Shown here: positions 10,158 through 20,998 of the stretch, one piece after another | Position numbering within the stretch: the first letter of the stretch is position 1 | Layout: each line of letters begins with the position of its first letter | Assembly: GCA_964591515.1 (NCBI GenBank) | Contig: CAZQBW010000038.1 | Location: 1-30,895 of the forward strand | Direction of reading: 5' to 3' | Length of the DNA: 30,895 bases | DNA from: an uncultured Clostridia bacterium | Lineage (GTDB): Bacteria; Acidobacteriota; Blastocatellia; UBA7656; JADIYM01 | The notes under the pieces: generated by a model | Seen by the model: only the letters and a program-made list of their open reading frames with translations | Told to the model about the DNA's origin: nothing | Databases searched by the model: none | Made by a program: the position numbers and the translations under genes

Positions 10158-11003
10158 ATGGCAGTGTTCGCGCACGATGAAAACCCGCTCGACGAGCGGG
10201 AATGGGAGCACCTGAAGGCGGTCGTCATCGACGTTGCGCGACGCCGTCTCGTGGGACGACGCATCATCGACATCCACGGACCGCTCGGGGCGGGCGTTCA
10301 GACGATCGTCCACGACCATTTCACCGGAACGACGATGGGCCAGCTCGGATTGACGGGCGAGGGCGACCCGGATCCGATGCGCTCGGTGCGCCGCGAAGCC
10401 GGCATCATCCCGATCATCTCGAAGGACTTCATCCTTCACTGGCGCGACCTCGAGACATCGAGGCTGACTGGCGTGGCGCTCGACACGGCCATTGCCGCGG
10501 GAGCCGCGGCATTCTGCGCGGATCGCGAGGATCATCTCGTATTCTTCGGTGATTCGGAGATGGGGTACGAGGGGCTGACGACGGTGGAAGGGCGGCTGAC
10601 GCTCGACCTGGGCGACTGGACGGTGCCTGGACAGCCGTTCAGCGACGTGGTTCGGGCCACGGAGTCGCTCGTGCAGGCCGGACATTACGGTCCTTACGCG
10701 CTCGTCGTGACGCCTGAGCTCTACTCGCAGATGCATCGTGTGCACCCGGGCACGAGCGTGCTCGAGATCGCGCACATCCGCGAGATCGTCACGGATGGCG
10801 TTTACCAGTCGTCGATTCTCGGAAAGAACCGCGCGGTGATCGTCTCGACCGGTCGCCAGAACTTCGATCTGGCCGTCGCACAGGATCTCACGGTCGCCTA
10901 CCTTGGCGCCGAGAACATGAACCACCCGTTCCGGGTGTTCGAGTCGGTCTATCTGCGAATCAAACGCCACAGCTCGATCTGCACGCTCGAGCGGCACGCG
11001 TAG
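10158..11003 (+). CDS. Family 1 encapsulin shell protein (Linocin_M18 / HK97 fold)
   Basis: 281 aa. It aligns over the full length with T. maritima encapsulin. [34 protein letters not shown] aligns with [48 protein letters not shown] aligns with [28 protein letters not shown] aligns with FKLILGQDLSIGYE. The RBS GAAGAGG sits 8 nt upstream of the ATG. Confidence 0.85.
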   Translation: [281 protein letters not shown]

Positions 11004-11027
11004 AGCCCTAGGCGACACTGGACGCAC

Positions 11028-11070
11028 GAAAGGCGCGACGCCCACATGGGCATCGCGCCTTTCTTCAATC
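11028..11070 (+). terminator. Hairpin terminator between the convergent encapsulin and rpsT genes
   Basis: gaaaggcgcgacgcccacatgggcatcgcgcctttc has an 11-bp GC-rich stem and is followed by ttcttcaat (T-rich) on the + strand. It could act in both directions. Confidence 0.5.
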
Positions 11071-11085
11071 GAGCGCGCTGTCGGA

Positions 11086-11361
11086 CTACTTGGTAACGGG
11101 TTTGGCCGTGTTCACGCGAGCCGTCAGACGCGACTTGTAACGCGCCGCGGCATTCCGGTGAACGACACCCTTCTGGATCGACTTGTCGATGACGGACATG
11201 ACTGCCGGAAGAAGTTCCTTGGCCCCCGCAACATCGCCGAGCGCCAGTGCCGTGCGCAGCTTCTTGATTTCGGTTCGCATCCGGCTGCCGTTCGCGCGAT
11301 TGACCGCACGACGCTTCTCATTCTGCCGGATTCGCTTGATCGAGGATTTGTGGTTCGCCAT
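11086..11361 (-). CDS. rpsT: 30S ribosomal protein S20
   Basis: MANHKSSIKRIRQNEKRRAVNRANGSRMRTEIKKL…HRNAAARYKSRLTARV is the canonical S20 sequence. Confidence 0.93.
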   Translation of the reverse strand: MANHKSSIKRIRQNEKRRAVNRANGSRMRTEIKKLRTALALGDVAGAKELLPAVMSVIDKSIQKGVVHRNAAARYKSRLTARVNTAKPVTK

Positions 11362-11452
11362 ACCGCTGTAGGTTTAGTCCTTTGTCGTTTTCGCGAAACG
11401 GCAACTATAGGTAGCGCAATGGGATCTGTCAAGCAGGAAGAACGAAGAGCAT

Positions 11453-11538
11453 CGCGGATTCAACGGATCTGGCGGATATGGCGGATCAACCGGTATTCAA
11501 GTCTGATTCGTGTCATCCGCTCAATCCGCTCAATCCGC
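11453..11538. promoter_or_regulatory. Array of six GCGGAT/ATCCGC hexamers (three forward, then three reverse) in the rpsT / proline dehydrogenase divergent intergenic region
   Basis: cgcGGATtcaacggatctgGCGGATatgGCGGATcaacc … catCCGCtcaATCCGCtcaATCCGCg. The reverse-orientation copies are spaced 9 bp apart (CCGCTCAAT ×2). Together they form a large imperfect inverted repeat. Confidence 0.5.
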
Positions 11539-11636
11539 GTTGCTCTTCATTCGTCCCACCCCAGGGATGACCAGTACTTTTGTTGCCTTCGCGCACCATT
11601 CCATGCAGAATGGCGCGACCCTTCCCTGCCACCATC

Positions 11637-12548
11637 ATGATGAAGAAAATCCTCCTCTACCTCTCCGAGCGTGAAGCGCCGAAGAAGATGCTCACGAGCA
11701 TCGCCCTCTTCAACAACGTCACGAAGCGCTTCGTCGCCGGCGAGACGGTCGACGAGGCCTCGGCGGCCATCAAGGTGCTCAATGCAAAGGGGATCTCCGC
11801 GACTTTCGACCACCTTGGAGAGGCCATCCGCAGCGAGGAAGAGGCCACGGCAGAAGTCGAGATGTACAGTCGGATCCTCGATCGTATCGAGTCCGACGGC
11901 CTCAACTCGAACGTCTCGCTCAAGCTCACCCAGCTCGGTCTCGATATCCGGAAGGAATTCTGCATCGAGAACCTCACCAAGATCGTCGAGCACGCCGCGA
12001 AGACCGGCAACTTCGTCCGAATCGACATGGAGGACTCGGGACATCTGGAGGCTACTCTCGAGGTCTTCCGGACCGTCCGGGCCAATCACGACAACGTCGG
12101 CATCGTCATCCAGTCCTACCTCTTCCGCAGCGAGCAGGACATTCGCGACCTGCTCGCGATAGGCGCGCGGATACGACTCTGCAAAGGCGCCTACAAAGAA
12201 CCGCCCGAGGTCGCCTTCCAGGCCAAGTCGAAGGTCGACGCGAACTATGTCGACCTCATGAAGATCCTTCTGCCGAGCGGCATCTACCACGGCATCGCGA
12301 CGCACGATCCCGCGATGATCAACGCGACAATCCGCTTCGCCCGTGAGCAGAAGCTGGATCAGAAGTGCTTCGAGTTCCAGATGCTGTACGGAATCGCCCG
12401 GGACAGGCAGCTCAAGCTCGTCGAGGAAGGCTTCAACGTGCGCGTCTACGTACCGTTCGGCCGCGCCTGGTATCCGTACTTCATGCGCAGGCTGGCCGAG
12501 CGGCCGGCGAACGTCCTCTTCATCCTTCGGGCCATGGTGAAGGGTTGA
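11637..12548 (+). CDS. Monofunctional proline dehydrogenase (PutA-type ProDH TIM barrel)
   Basis: Full-length similarity to T. thermophilus ProDH: RFVAGETVDEA…SLKLTQLGLD…VRIDMEDS…GIVIQSYLFRSEQD…RLCKGAYKEPPEVAF…THDP…FEFQMLYGI…VRVYVPFGRAWYPYFMRRLAERPANVLF. The start is set at the tandem ATG ATG at 11637, not at the ORF opening at 11580. Confidence 0.88.
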   Translation: MMKKILLYLSEREAPKKMLTSIALFNNVTKRFVAGETVDEASAAIKVLNAKGISATFDHLGEAIRSEEEATAEVEMYSRILDRIESDGLNSNVSLKLTQLGLDIRKEFCIENLTKIVEHAAKTGNFVRIDMEDSGHLEATLEVFRTVRANHDNVGIVIQSYLFRSEQDIRDLLAIGARIRLCKGAYKEPPEVAFQAKSKVDANYVDLMKILLPSGIYHGIATHDPAMINATIRFAREQKLDQKCFEFQMLYGIARDRQLKLVEEGFNVRVYVPFGRAWYPYFMRRLAERPANVLFILRAMVKG

Positions 12549-12603
12549 CCCGCGACCGGTGCGCGACGCGCCCGGCCGCGGTCTTCATCCCCTGAATCCC
12601 GGA

Positions 12604-13041
12604 TCAGATCGTCGGCGCGGAGTTGACGTAGGCGTTCATGTACTCGAGCACCTCCGCCTTCTCGGTCGCATCGACCCTGTACAGGTCGCGAATCGACACC
12701 ATGCCGATGACCAGATCTCCATTCGTGATCGGCAGATGCCGGCATTTGTTGTCGAGCATCTTCTTGATGCACGACTCGTACGTGTCGCCCGGCGAGCCGT
12801 GCACGAGCCGGCGCGACATCACGTCGTCGACACGAGTCTCCTTCGGATCCCGGCCCTCGGCCACGACCCGCTTCATCAGGTCGCGCTCCGAGATGATGCC
12901 GACGAGTTTCGTTTCGTCGATGACCGTTACGGCGCCGACGTTCCGTTCCGACATATACTTCGCGGCATCGACGACACTGGTGCCTGGACTGACGCTGTAG
13001 ACTTCCTGGTCGGCGATGAGGGAATCAATCGTCCTGTGCAT
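12604..13041 (-). CDS. CBS-domain pair protein
   Basis: 145 aa with two CBS motifs (…VSPGTSVVDAAKYMSERNVGAVTVID…GIISERDL… and …HLPITNGDLVIGMVSIRDL…). Confidence 0.8.
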   Translation of the reverse strand: MHRTIDSLIADQEVYSVSPGTSVVDAAKYMSERNVGAVTVIDETKLVGIISERDLMKRVVAEGRDPKETRVDDVMSRRLVHGSPGDTYESCIKKMLDNKCRHLPITNGDLVIGMVSIRDLYRVDATEKAEVLEYMNAYVNSAPTI

Positions 13042-13170
13042 CGTCGCACCTCCTGGTGGATGGGGACGGGGCCGAGGCTCGGGCCCGACTTGGACATCGA
13101 TGGGTGAACCGAGTGCGTGGAGGGCAGTTTACTCCCGAAACGCAATTGTCACTACGCCGAAGAGGAAGGA

Positions 13171-13557
13171 ATGGCCGACGAGCCGATCGACAGTCTGCTC
13201 CTGATCTACAACGCCGATGCCGGCCGCGTCGCCGCGTTCCTCGACAGCGCGCGAAAGGCGCTTTCCATTGGCGCCTGTACTCTCTGCGAGTTGACGCATG
13301 GGCTGTTCGGAGAGCGATCCGAATGGGCCGAATGCCGGCTTTCCTACCGCGTGCCGGTGGCCGCGCTCCATCGTGACGAAGTCGACCGCGAAACAGCGGC
13401 TGTAGCGGGCGATCTGCCCGCGGTCCTCGCGCACTCGAGAGGACGCACGATCCGCCTCGTCACTGCCGGCCAGCTCGCGGCGTGCGAGAATGTCGAGGCG
13501 CTCGATCGCGTGATCCGGGCAAGCGCCCGGGAAAGCGGACTTTCTTTTCCGGAGTGA
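13171..13557 (+). CDS. Hypothetical small protein with CxxC…C (GACTLCELTHG…EWAEC)
   Basis: 129 aa. There is a good RBS (GAGGAAGG) before the ATG at 13171. GC3 is high. No family was recognised by eye. Confidence 0.5.
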   Translation: MADEPIDSLLLIYNADAGRVAAFLDSARKALSIGACTLCELTHGLFGERSEWAECRLSYRVPVAALHRDEVDRETAAVAGDLPAVLAHSRGRTIRLVTAGQLAACENVEALDRVIRASARESGLSFPE

Positions 13558-13670
13558 GCACGAATCCTTTCCAGCAGGTCGACGCGTAGGTTCGAATGAG
13601 CGCGCGGTTTCGGCTCCGACACCCGGGCCCGGCGTTGAAAGTCGTGGAATCCGTTCATAAATGTGCCGCT

Positions 13671-14492
13671 ATGTCGAATGATCGAAAAGAACTTCTTGCC
13701 CTGTACGCGCTCGGCGCCCTCGACGGCGACGATCTGATCGTTGCCGAGGCCTGCGTGGCCGAGGGCGCTCCATCTGATCTCGCGGACCTGCGGGCCTACG
13801 AGCACGTCACCGGACTACTCGGATGGGCTGCGACTCCGGTTGCGCCGCCAGTCGGTCTGCGACCGCGCGTCGTCAATGAGATCGGCGCTCGAAAGCCGGC
13901 TCCGGCGCCGATTCCCTTCCGGCCGCGAGCCGAAGTCGTCGAACCGACGGAGCCGTCGCGATTCGGCGCCTTTGCCGCGTTTGCGTCGCTTGCGGCGGCT
14001 GCAACGATCGCTGCCATCTTCCTCGGGCTCGCGTTGTACCGGTCCAGTGCCGAGCTAGAGGCGACCGTTCGCCAGCTGGCAGACGCTCGATCGGCTCAGG
14101 CCCGACAGCGGGAAGATCTCGAGCGTGCCAACCGACTTCTTGGCGTTACTCAGGACCCGGCGCTCCGGGTGACCCGCCTGACGACTACAGGCGCCGCGCC
14201 GGAACCGACCATTGACGTCCACTGGCAGCCCGAGCAGAAGACCGGCGTGCTCGTCGCCAGAAACCTGCCGAAGGTCGAGCCGAATCGCACCTACGAGCTT
14301 TGGCTCATCGACGGCAGCGCCCCGATTCCGGCTGGGACCTTCAATACCGACGCGAACGGAACCGCGATATTCGAGATCGATCGACTGACCGCGGCGGGCG
14401 AGCCCAAGAAGTTTGCGATCACAGTAGAGCCAGCGGGCGGCTCTCCGGCACCGACCGGCCAGATCCTCCTCATCGGTGACTATCGAAGCTGA
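13671..14492 (+). CDS. RskA-family anti-sigma factor (anti-sigma-K type): one TM helix and a conserved C-terminal periplasmic domain
   Basis: The N-terminus is KELLALYALGALDGDD. A TM segment follows (FGAFAAFASLAAAATIAAIFLGLALY). The C-terminal …TYELWLIDGSAPIPAGTF…FAITVEPAGGSPAPTGQILLIGD matches the RskA C-terminal domain consensus. The start is taken at 13671, not the ORF opening at 13596. Confidence 0.7.
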   Translation: MSNDRKELLALYALGALDGDDLIVAEACVAEGAPSDLADLRAYEHVTGLLGWAATPVAPPVGLRPRVVNEIGARKPAPAPIPFRPRAEVVEPTEPSRFGAFAAFASLAAAATIAAIFLGLALYRSSAELEATVRQLADARSAQARQREDLERANRLLGVTQDPALRVTRLTTTGAAPEPTIDVHWQPEQKTGVLVARNLPKVEPNRTYELWLIDGSAPIPAGTFNTDANGTAIFEIDRLTAAGEPKKFAITVEPAGGSPAPTGQILLIGDYRS

Positions 14493-14516
14493 TGGCCGTG
14501 TAGCGTCGATGGGGCG

Positions 14517-14609
14517 CCCGGAACCCCGAGCGGTAGCGAGGGGCCGGCGATAGAATTCACCGCGCGTGAATTCCACCGCCGGCCCCTCGCTGCCGCTCGG
14601 GGTTCTGGT
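14517..14609. repeat. Nested GC-rich palindrome. A 32-bp imperfect stem (2 mismatches) encloses a 28-nt loop, and the loop itself contains the perfect 22-bp palindrome gaattcaccgcgcgtgaattc.
   Basis: The left arm is cggaaccccgagcggtagcgaggggccggcg and the right arm is cgccggcccctcgctgccgctcggggttctgg. It lies between the anti-sigma gene and kdsB. A TTGACA hexamer follows at 14614. Confidence 0.75.
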
Positions 14610-14651
14610 TGGTTTGACACTTGTCTTTCCCATCCTGCATGCTGGAATCCC

Positions 14652-17131
<2,480 letters not shown>

Positions 17132-17932
17132 ATGAAGGATCTCGTCGGAACGGTCGAGTTCAACCGCCAGCTCGCGCCCCGGTATTTCCACATCCGGCTT
17201 CGACTTCCGGAGCCGGTCGACGTACTGTCCGGACAGTTCGCGATGCTGCGCCCGTCGGGACTCGTCGAGCCGATCCTGCGGCGAGCGCTGGCGATCCATC
17301 GTGCCGACGACTGCGCGGTCGAGTTCATCTACCTCGTGCTTGGCCGTGGTCTCGAGGCTCTCACGCGCGTGCGCGAGGGCGAGAACGTCGACGTACTGCT
17401 TCCGCTCGGCAACACATACCCGACGGACTCCGTCTTCAGTGAAGGCAGGCGCGCGCTCATCGTGGCGGGAGGAGTCGGTTCGCCGGCTCTCTTCATGCTG
17501 GCGGGCGATCTCGTGGCGAAGGGGGCGGACGTCCGCGTCTACTTCGGCGGACGCACACAATACGACCTGCCTGCTCTCAATGAATTCGAGGCGCTCGGCT
17601 GTCCGGTGACCGTGACGACCGACGATGGATCGGCCGGTGAGCGCGGCTTCGTGACGGCGCCGCTCGAGCGCGACCTCGCTGCGAACGCCGGCCCGAATGG
17701 CAGCGTCGTCTACACCTGCGGCCCGTGGCCGATGATGGCTCGCGTGGGCGCGATCGCCGCCGAACAGGGCGCGCAGTGCTTCGTGTCGCTCGAGGCGAGC
17801 ATGGCGTGCGGGTTCGGCATCTGCGTCGCGTGCGTCGTCGAGGTCTGCGAGGGCTCGTTCGCGCCTCCGTTCAAGTACCAGAAGGTCTGCACCGAAGGGC
17901 CCGTGTTTCCGGCGGAGGCGATCGTATGGTGA
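17132..17932 (+). CDS. pyrK: Dihydroorotate dehydrogenase electron-transfer subunit (PyrK; FAD/NAD-binding plus a 2Fe-2S cluster)
   Basis: It starts immediately after the pyrG stop (TAGATG). There is a C-terminal Cys cluster ([11 protein letters not shown]). It precedes pyrD and overlaps it. Confidence 0.8.
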   Translation: MKDLVGTVEFNRQLAPRYFHIRLRLPEPVDVLSGQFAMLRPSGLVEPILRRALAIHRADDCAVEFIYLVLGRGLEALTRVREGENVDVLLPLGNTYPTDSVFSEGRRALIVAGGVGSPALFMLAGDLVAKGADVRVYFGGRTQYDLPALNEFEALGCPVTVTTDDGSAGERGFVTAPLERDLAANAGPNGSVVYTCGPWPMMARVGAIAAEQGAQCFVSLEASMACGFGICVACVVEVCEGSFAPPFKYQKVCTEGPVFPAEAIVW

Positions 17933-18888
17933 ACACGACCGAGAGTTCCCGCGATCCGCGCCTCGCCGTCGAGGTTGCGGGCATCCGGTTCCACAATCCG
18001 ATTCTCACCGCCTCGGGCTGCTGCGGGTACGGCCTCGAGTTCGAACCGCTCTTCGATCTCTCGCGGATCGGCGGCATCTGCACGAAGGGACTCTCGTCGA
18101 GGCCGCTTCAGGGCAATCCCCCGCCCCGAATCCAGGAGACGCCGGCCGGCATGCTCAACGCGATCGGCCTGCAGAACATCGGCGCCCGCGCGTTCATCGA
18201 GCAGAAGCTGCCGCGATTGCGTGAATACGACGTCCGCGTGCTGACTAACGTTTTCGGCTACACCGTCGAGAACTACGTCGAGGCGATTCACATACTCAAC
18301 GACGGCGAAGGTATCGACGGCTACGAGTTGAACATTTCGTGCCCTAACGTGAAGGAAGGCGGGCTGATCATCGGCAACGACCCTCGCGCTGCCGCCGAGG
18401 TGACCGAGGCCGTGAAGCGCGTGGCGAAGCGGCCGGTAATCGTGAAGCTCTCGCCGAACATCAGCGACGTTGCCGGTATGGCTCGCGCGCTCGAGTCGGC
18501 TGGCGCGGACGCGCTCTCGCTCATCAACACGCTCGTCGGCGTGTCCATCGACATTCACACCCGGCGACCGAGAATCGCCAACGTCACTGGCGGACTCTCA
18601 GGACCCGCGATCAAGCCGGTGGCAGTTCGAATGGTCTGGCAGGCGGCAAGTGCCGTGAAGATCCCGCTCATCGGAATCGGCGGCATTGCGACGGCGGAGG
18701 ATGCCGTGGAGTTTCTCATCGCCGGCGCGACGGCGGTTCAGATCGGGACGGCGAGTTTCTACGATCCGTTGGCGACCGTCAAAGCCGTCGAAGGGCTGTC
18801 GAACTATCTCGACAAGGCGGGAATCGCGTCGGTGCGCGAGCTCACCGGATCCATCGATCTCGAAGCTCCGTTATCGCGCGGTCACTGA
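17926..18888 (+). CDS. pyrD: Dihydroorotate dehydrogenase catalytic subunit (class 1B)
   Basis: MVNTTES…[18 protein letters not shown]…GGICTKG…NAIGLQNIG…ELNISCPN…[10 protein letters not shown]…IGIGGI are PyrD motifs. The ATG at 17926 overlaps the pyrK stop. Confidence 0.88.
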   Translation: MVNTTESSRDPRLAVEVAGIRFHNPILTASGCCGYGLEFEPLFDLSRIGGICTKGLSSRPLQGNPPPRIQETPAGMLNAIGLQNIGARAFIEQKLPRLREYDVRVLTNVFGYTVENYVEAIHILNDGEGIDGYELNISCPNVKEGGLIIGNDPRAAAEVTEAVKRVAKRPVIVKLSPNISDVAGMARALESAGADALSLINTLVGVSIDIHTRRPRIANVTGGLSGPAIKPVAVRMVWQAASAVKIPLIGIGGIATAEDAVEFLIAGATAVQIGTASFYDPLATVKAVEGLSNYLDKAGIASVRELTGSIDLEAPLSRGH

Positions 18889-19012
18889 GACAGCGCTGAG
18901 CTTCGCACACAGAGGCACGGAGACACGAAGGTCATCCGTCGTCTCCGACGGAATCCGGTTCTCTGTGCCTCAGAGGCTCTGTGTCTCTGTGTGCGAAGCT
19001 CTGTCAGGCCAC
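18889..19012. terminator. Complex inverted-repeat / hairpin cluster in the pyrD / regulator convergent spacer
   Basis: gagcttcgcacacagag at 18897-18913 is mirrored by ctctgtgtgcgaagctc at 18991-19007. Internal hairpins are cggagacacg…cgtcgtctccg and gcctcagaggc. The CTCTGTG motif occurs three times. Confidence 0.5.
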
Positions 19013-20881
19013 CCCGACGCGTCTTACGAGATCCAGGTACCGCGGATCCTTCCGCAACGGAGCGAGATTCGGATCCACGCCGATGAAGATCACGAAGAAG
19101 TCGCGCGCATCGTAGGCTTTTCGGAGCTGCTCGATCGCGCGATCGACGTCGCCCGTCTGCGCGTAGAGTCCGGCCAGCGAACACGGCGACTCACGCCCGC
19201 TGGCAATTCGCGCTCGGCAGAGCCCCAGCCAGCCTTTAGTGGCGTAGGCCCCCCGGAGCGCTGCAATGGCGTCCGTCCCCTCTCCTGCAATCTCCATCGA
19301 CCGGATGAGCGCAGCGACTGCATCATCGTGACGCCCGGCCCCGGCGTGCGCGGCGAAGAGATACTGATACGCAAACAGGAAGCTCGGGTCGAGCTCCAGC
19401 GCCTGCCGGCAATGCTCGATCGCTTCGTCATACTCGCCCGCGAAGTAGCAGATCTGCGCCATGTCGGCGCGCATGTTGGGCGAAACCGGATCGCATTCGA
19501 TCGCTCTGGCCAGGGAGGCCTTCGCTTCGGGGTAGCGTCCGCGGACAGCGAGCGAGATGGCGTACCACTGATGCGCCGTCGCGTAGTTGGGCGAAAGCTC
19601 GATCGCAAGACGCAACTCGTGGTCCGCCGTCGGCAGATCCCAGTGGTGGAACATCAAGTAGAAGCCCATCGACGCGTGGGCTTCGCCGATCGAGTCGTCG
19701 AGCTCGAGTGCCTTGCGGAGGGCTGGCTCGGCGAGTGGCGCCGCCTGGATCGAGTAGGCGTCGGCCAAACCGACGTGCGCGAGCGCAAAATTCGGGTCCT
19801 CCTCGATGGCGTCCTTGAAGCACTCGATACTCGCGCGCACGGCCTCGGTCGTCCGCTTGCTCCAGAGGTAGCGCCCCTTCAGATAGGACTCGTAGGCCCT
19901 GGCGCTCTGAGTGGGACGCGCCGCCGGACGCAATTCCTCCCCATCGAGCACGGGAGCCAGGCCTTTTGCAACGCGCGCCGCAATGGCGTCCTGCAGGACG
20001 AAGATGTCGGACGCGTCATTGTCGAACGTCTCGGTCCAGAGCGACGCGCCGTCTCGCGCACCGACGAGCTGCGCGGTCACCCGGATGCGACCCTCCGACG
20101 TCTGGATCCGACCGTCCAAGATGGCATCGACGCCGAGCGCGCGCCCGACGGCGATCGGATCATGGTCCCCTTCGGCATAGCGCTGGACCGCGCTCGTCGA
20201 TCGCACGCTGACGCGCTGGAGTCGGCCAAGTCGGCTGATGACGGCATCTGCCATTGCAATCTCGAGATAGGCTTTGTCGGCACGCGAGTCGTCGAGGACA
20301 CGAAACGGCAGCACCGCAATCGACCGGACGGCAAGCGGCGCTGCGATCGTTGCGGACCGATAACCGTTCCATGCGAAGACGAATGCTGCCACGGCGACGA
20401 CGAGCGCCACACCCGACAGGTACACCGCGGGCGATCCAAGTCGCGTGGCGGCCGGTGCGGAAACTGTGGCCACCTCTTCCCGAACCACAATCGAGGCGCG
20501 AGTCCGCCGGTGGACGGTCACCTCATTGTCGTCATCATCCAGTTCGTGGACTTCACCAACGAATCGATAGCCCCATCTCGGTACCGTCTCGATGTAGCGA
20601 TGCCCGTCGCCGTTCTCGCCGAGCGCCTTGCGCAGGATGGAGATGTACTGATTGAGGTTGTTCTCTTCGACGAAGGTGTCGGGCCAGACGGCCTCGAGCA
20701 ACTCGTCTTTCCGAACCGCGTGTCCCCGGTTCTCGACCAGCGCGCACAGTGTGTCGAACGCCTTAGGGGGAATGGTGACCGGCTCGCCATCGCGGAGCAG
20801 GTGGCGGTTGTCGGCGTCCAGGCGAAATGGCCCGAACTCGTAGAGATGCCTGGGATTCTCCGCCTTCATAAATCCCTTCAC
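19004..20881 (-). CDS. Membrane-anchored transcriptional regulator of the ToxR/CadC type. It has an N-terminal OmpR/PhoB-type winged-helix (Trans_reg_C) domain, one TM helix, and a periplasmic TolB_N-like plus TPR sensor region.
   Basis: …LRDGEPVTIPPKAFDTLCALVENRGHAVRKDELLEAVWPDTFVEENNLNQYISILRKALGE…IETVPRWGYRF matches the Trans_reg_C consensus. The TM segment is AVYLSGVALVVAVAAFVFAW. …SIAVLPFRVL… is TolB_N-like. The C-terminal ~300 aa carry multiple TPR-like repeats. Confidence 0.75.
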   Translation of the reverse strand: MKGFMKAENPRHLYEFGPFRLDADNRHLLRDGEPVTIPPKAFDTLCALVENRGHAVRKDELLEAVWPDTFVEENNLNQYISILRKALGENGDGHRYIETVPRWGYRFVGEVHELDDDDNEVTVHRRTRASIVVREEVATVSAPAATRLGSPAVYLSGVALVVAVAAFVFAWNGYRSATIAAPLAVRSIAVLPFRVLDDSRADKAYLEIAMADAVISRLGRLQRVSVRSTSAVQRYAEGDHDPIAVGRALGVDAILDGRIQTSEGRIRVTAQLVGARDGASLWTETFDNDASDIFVLQDAIAARVAKGLAPVLDGEELRPAARPTQSARAYESYLKGRYLWSKRTTEAVRASIECFKDAIEEDPNFALAHVGLADAYSIQAAPLAEPALRKALELDDSIGEAHASMGFYLMFHHWDLPTADHELRLAIELSPNYATAHQWYAISLAVRGRYPEAKASLARAIECDPVSPNMRADMAQICYFAGEYDEAIEHCRQALELDPSFLFAYQYLFAAHAGAGRHDDAVAALIRSMEIAGEGTDAIAALRGAYATKGWLGLCRARIASGRESPCSLAGLYAQTGDVDRAIEQLRKAYDARDFFVIFIGVDPNLAPLRKDPRYLDLVRRVGVA

Positions 20882-20905
20882 TGAAGATTCACGGCGGGTT
20901 CAGGA

Positions 20906-20942
20906 CACCGGTCCGGTGACCGGTCACAGTGCGTGCCACGCA
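20906..20942. promoter_or_regulatory. Cluster of overlapping palindromes (caccggtccggtg, gtgaccggtcac, tgcgtgccacgca) in the regulator / SBBP-operon divergent promoter
   Basis: Read directly: acaccggtccggtgaccggtcacagtgcgtgccacgca contains two 13-bp odd palindromes and one perfect 12-bp palindrome, which share CCGG/ACCGGT cores. Confidence 0.45.
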
Positions 20943-20998
20943 TTGTAGATCGGTTGGCAAGCGATTGGTACCAGCTTCTCGGCAAGCGCTGCCGCGTC

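Noticed and set aside
10029-11045. 338-aa minus-strand ORF
   Set aside because: It is fully antisense to the encapsulin gene, and its translation is Arg-rich low-complexity with no recognisable fold.
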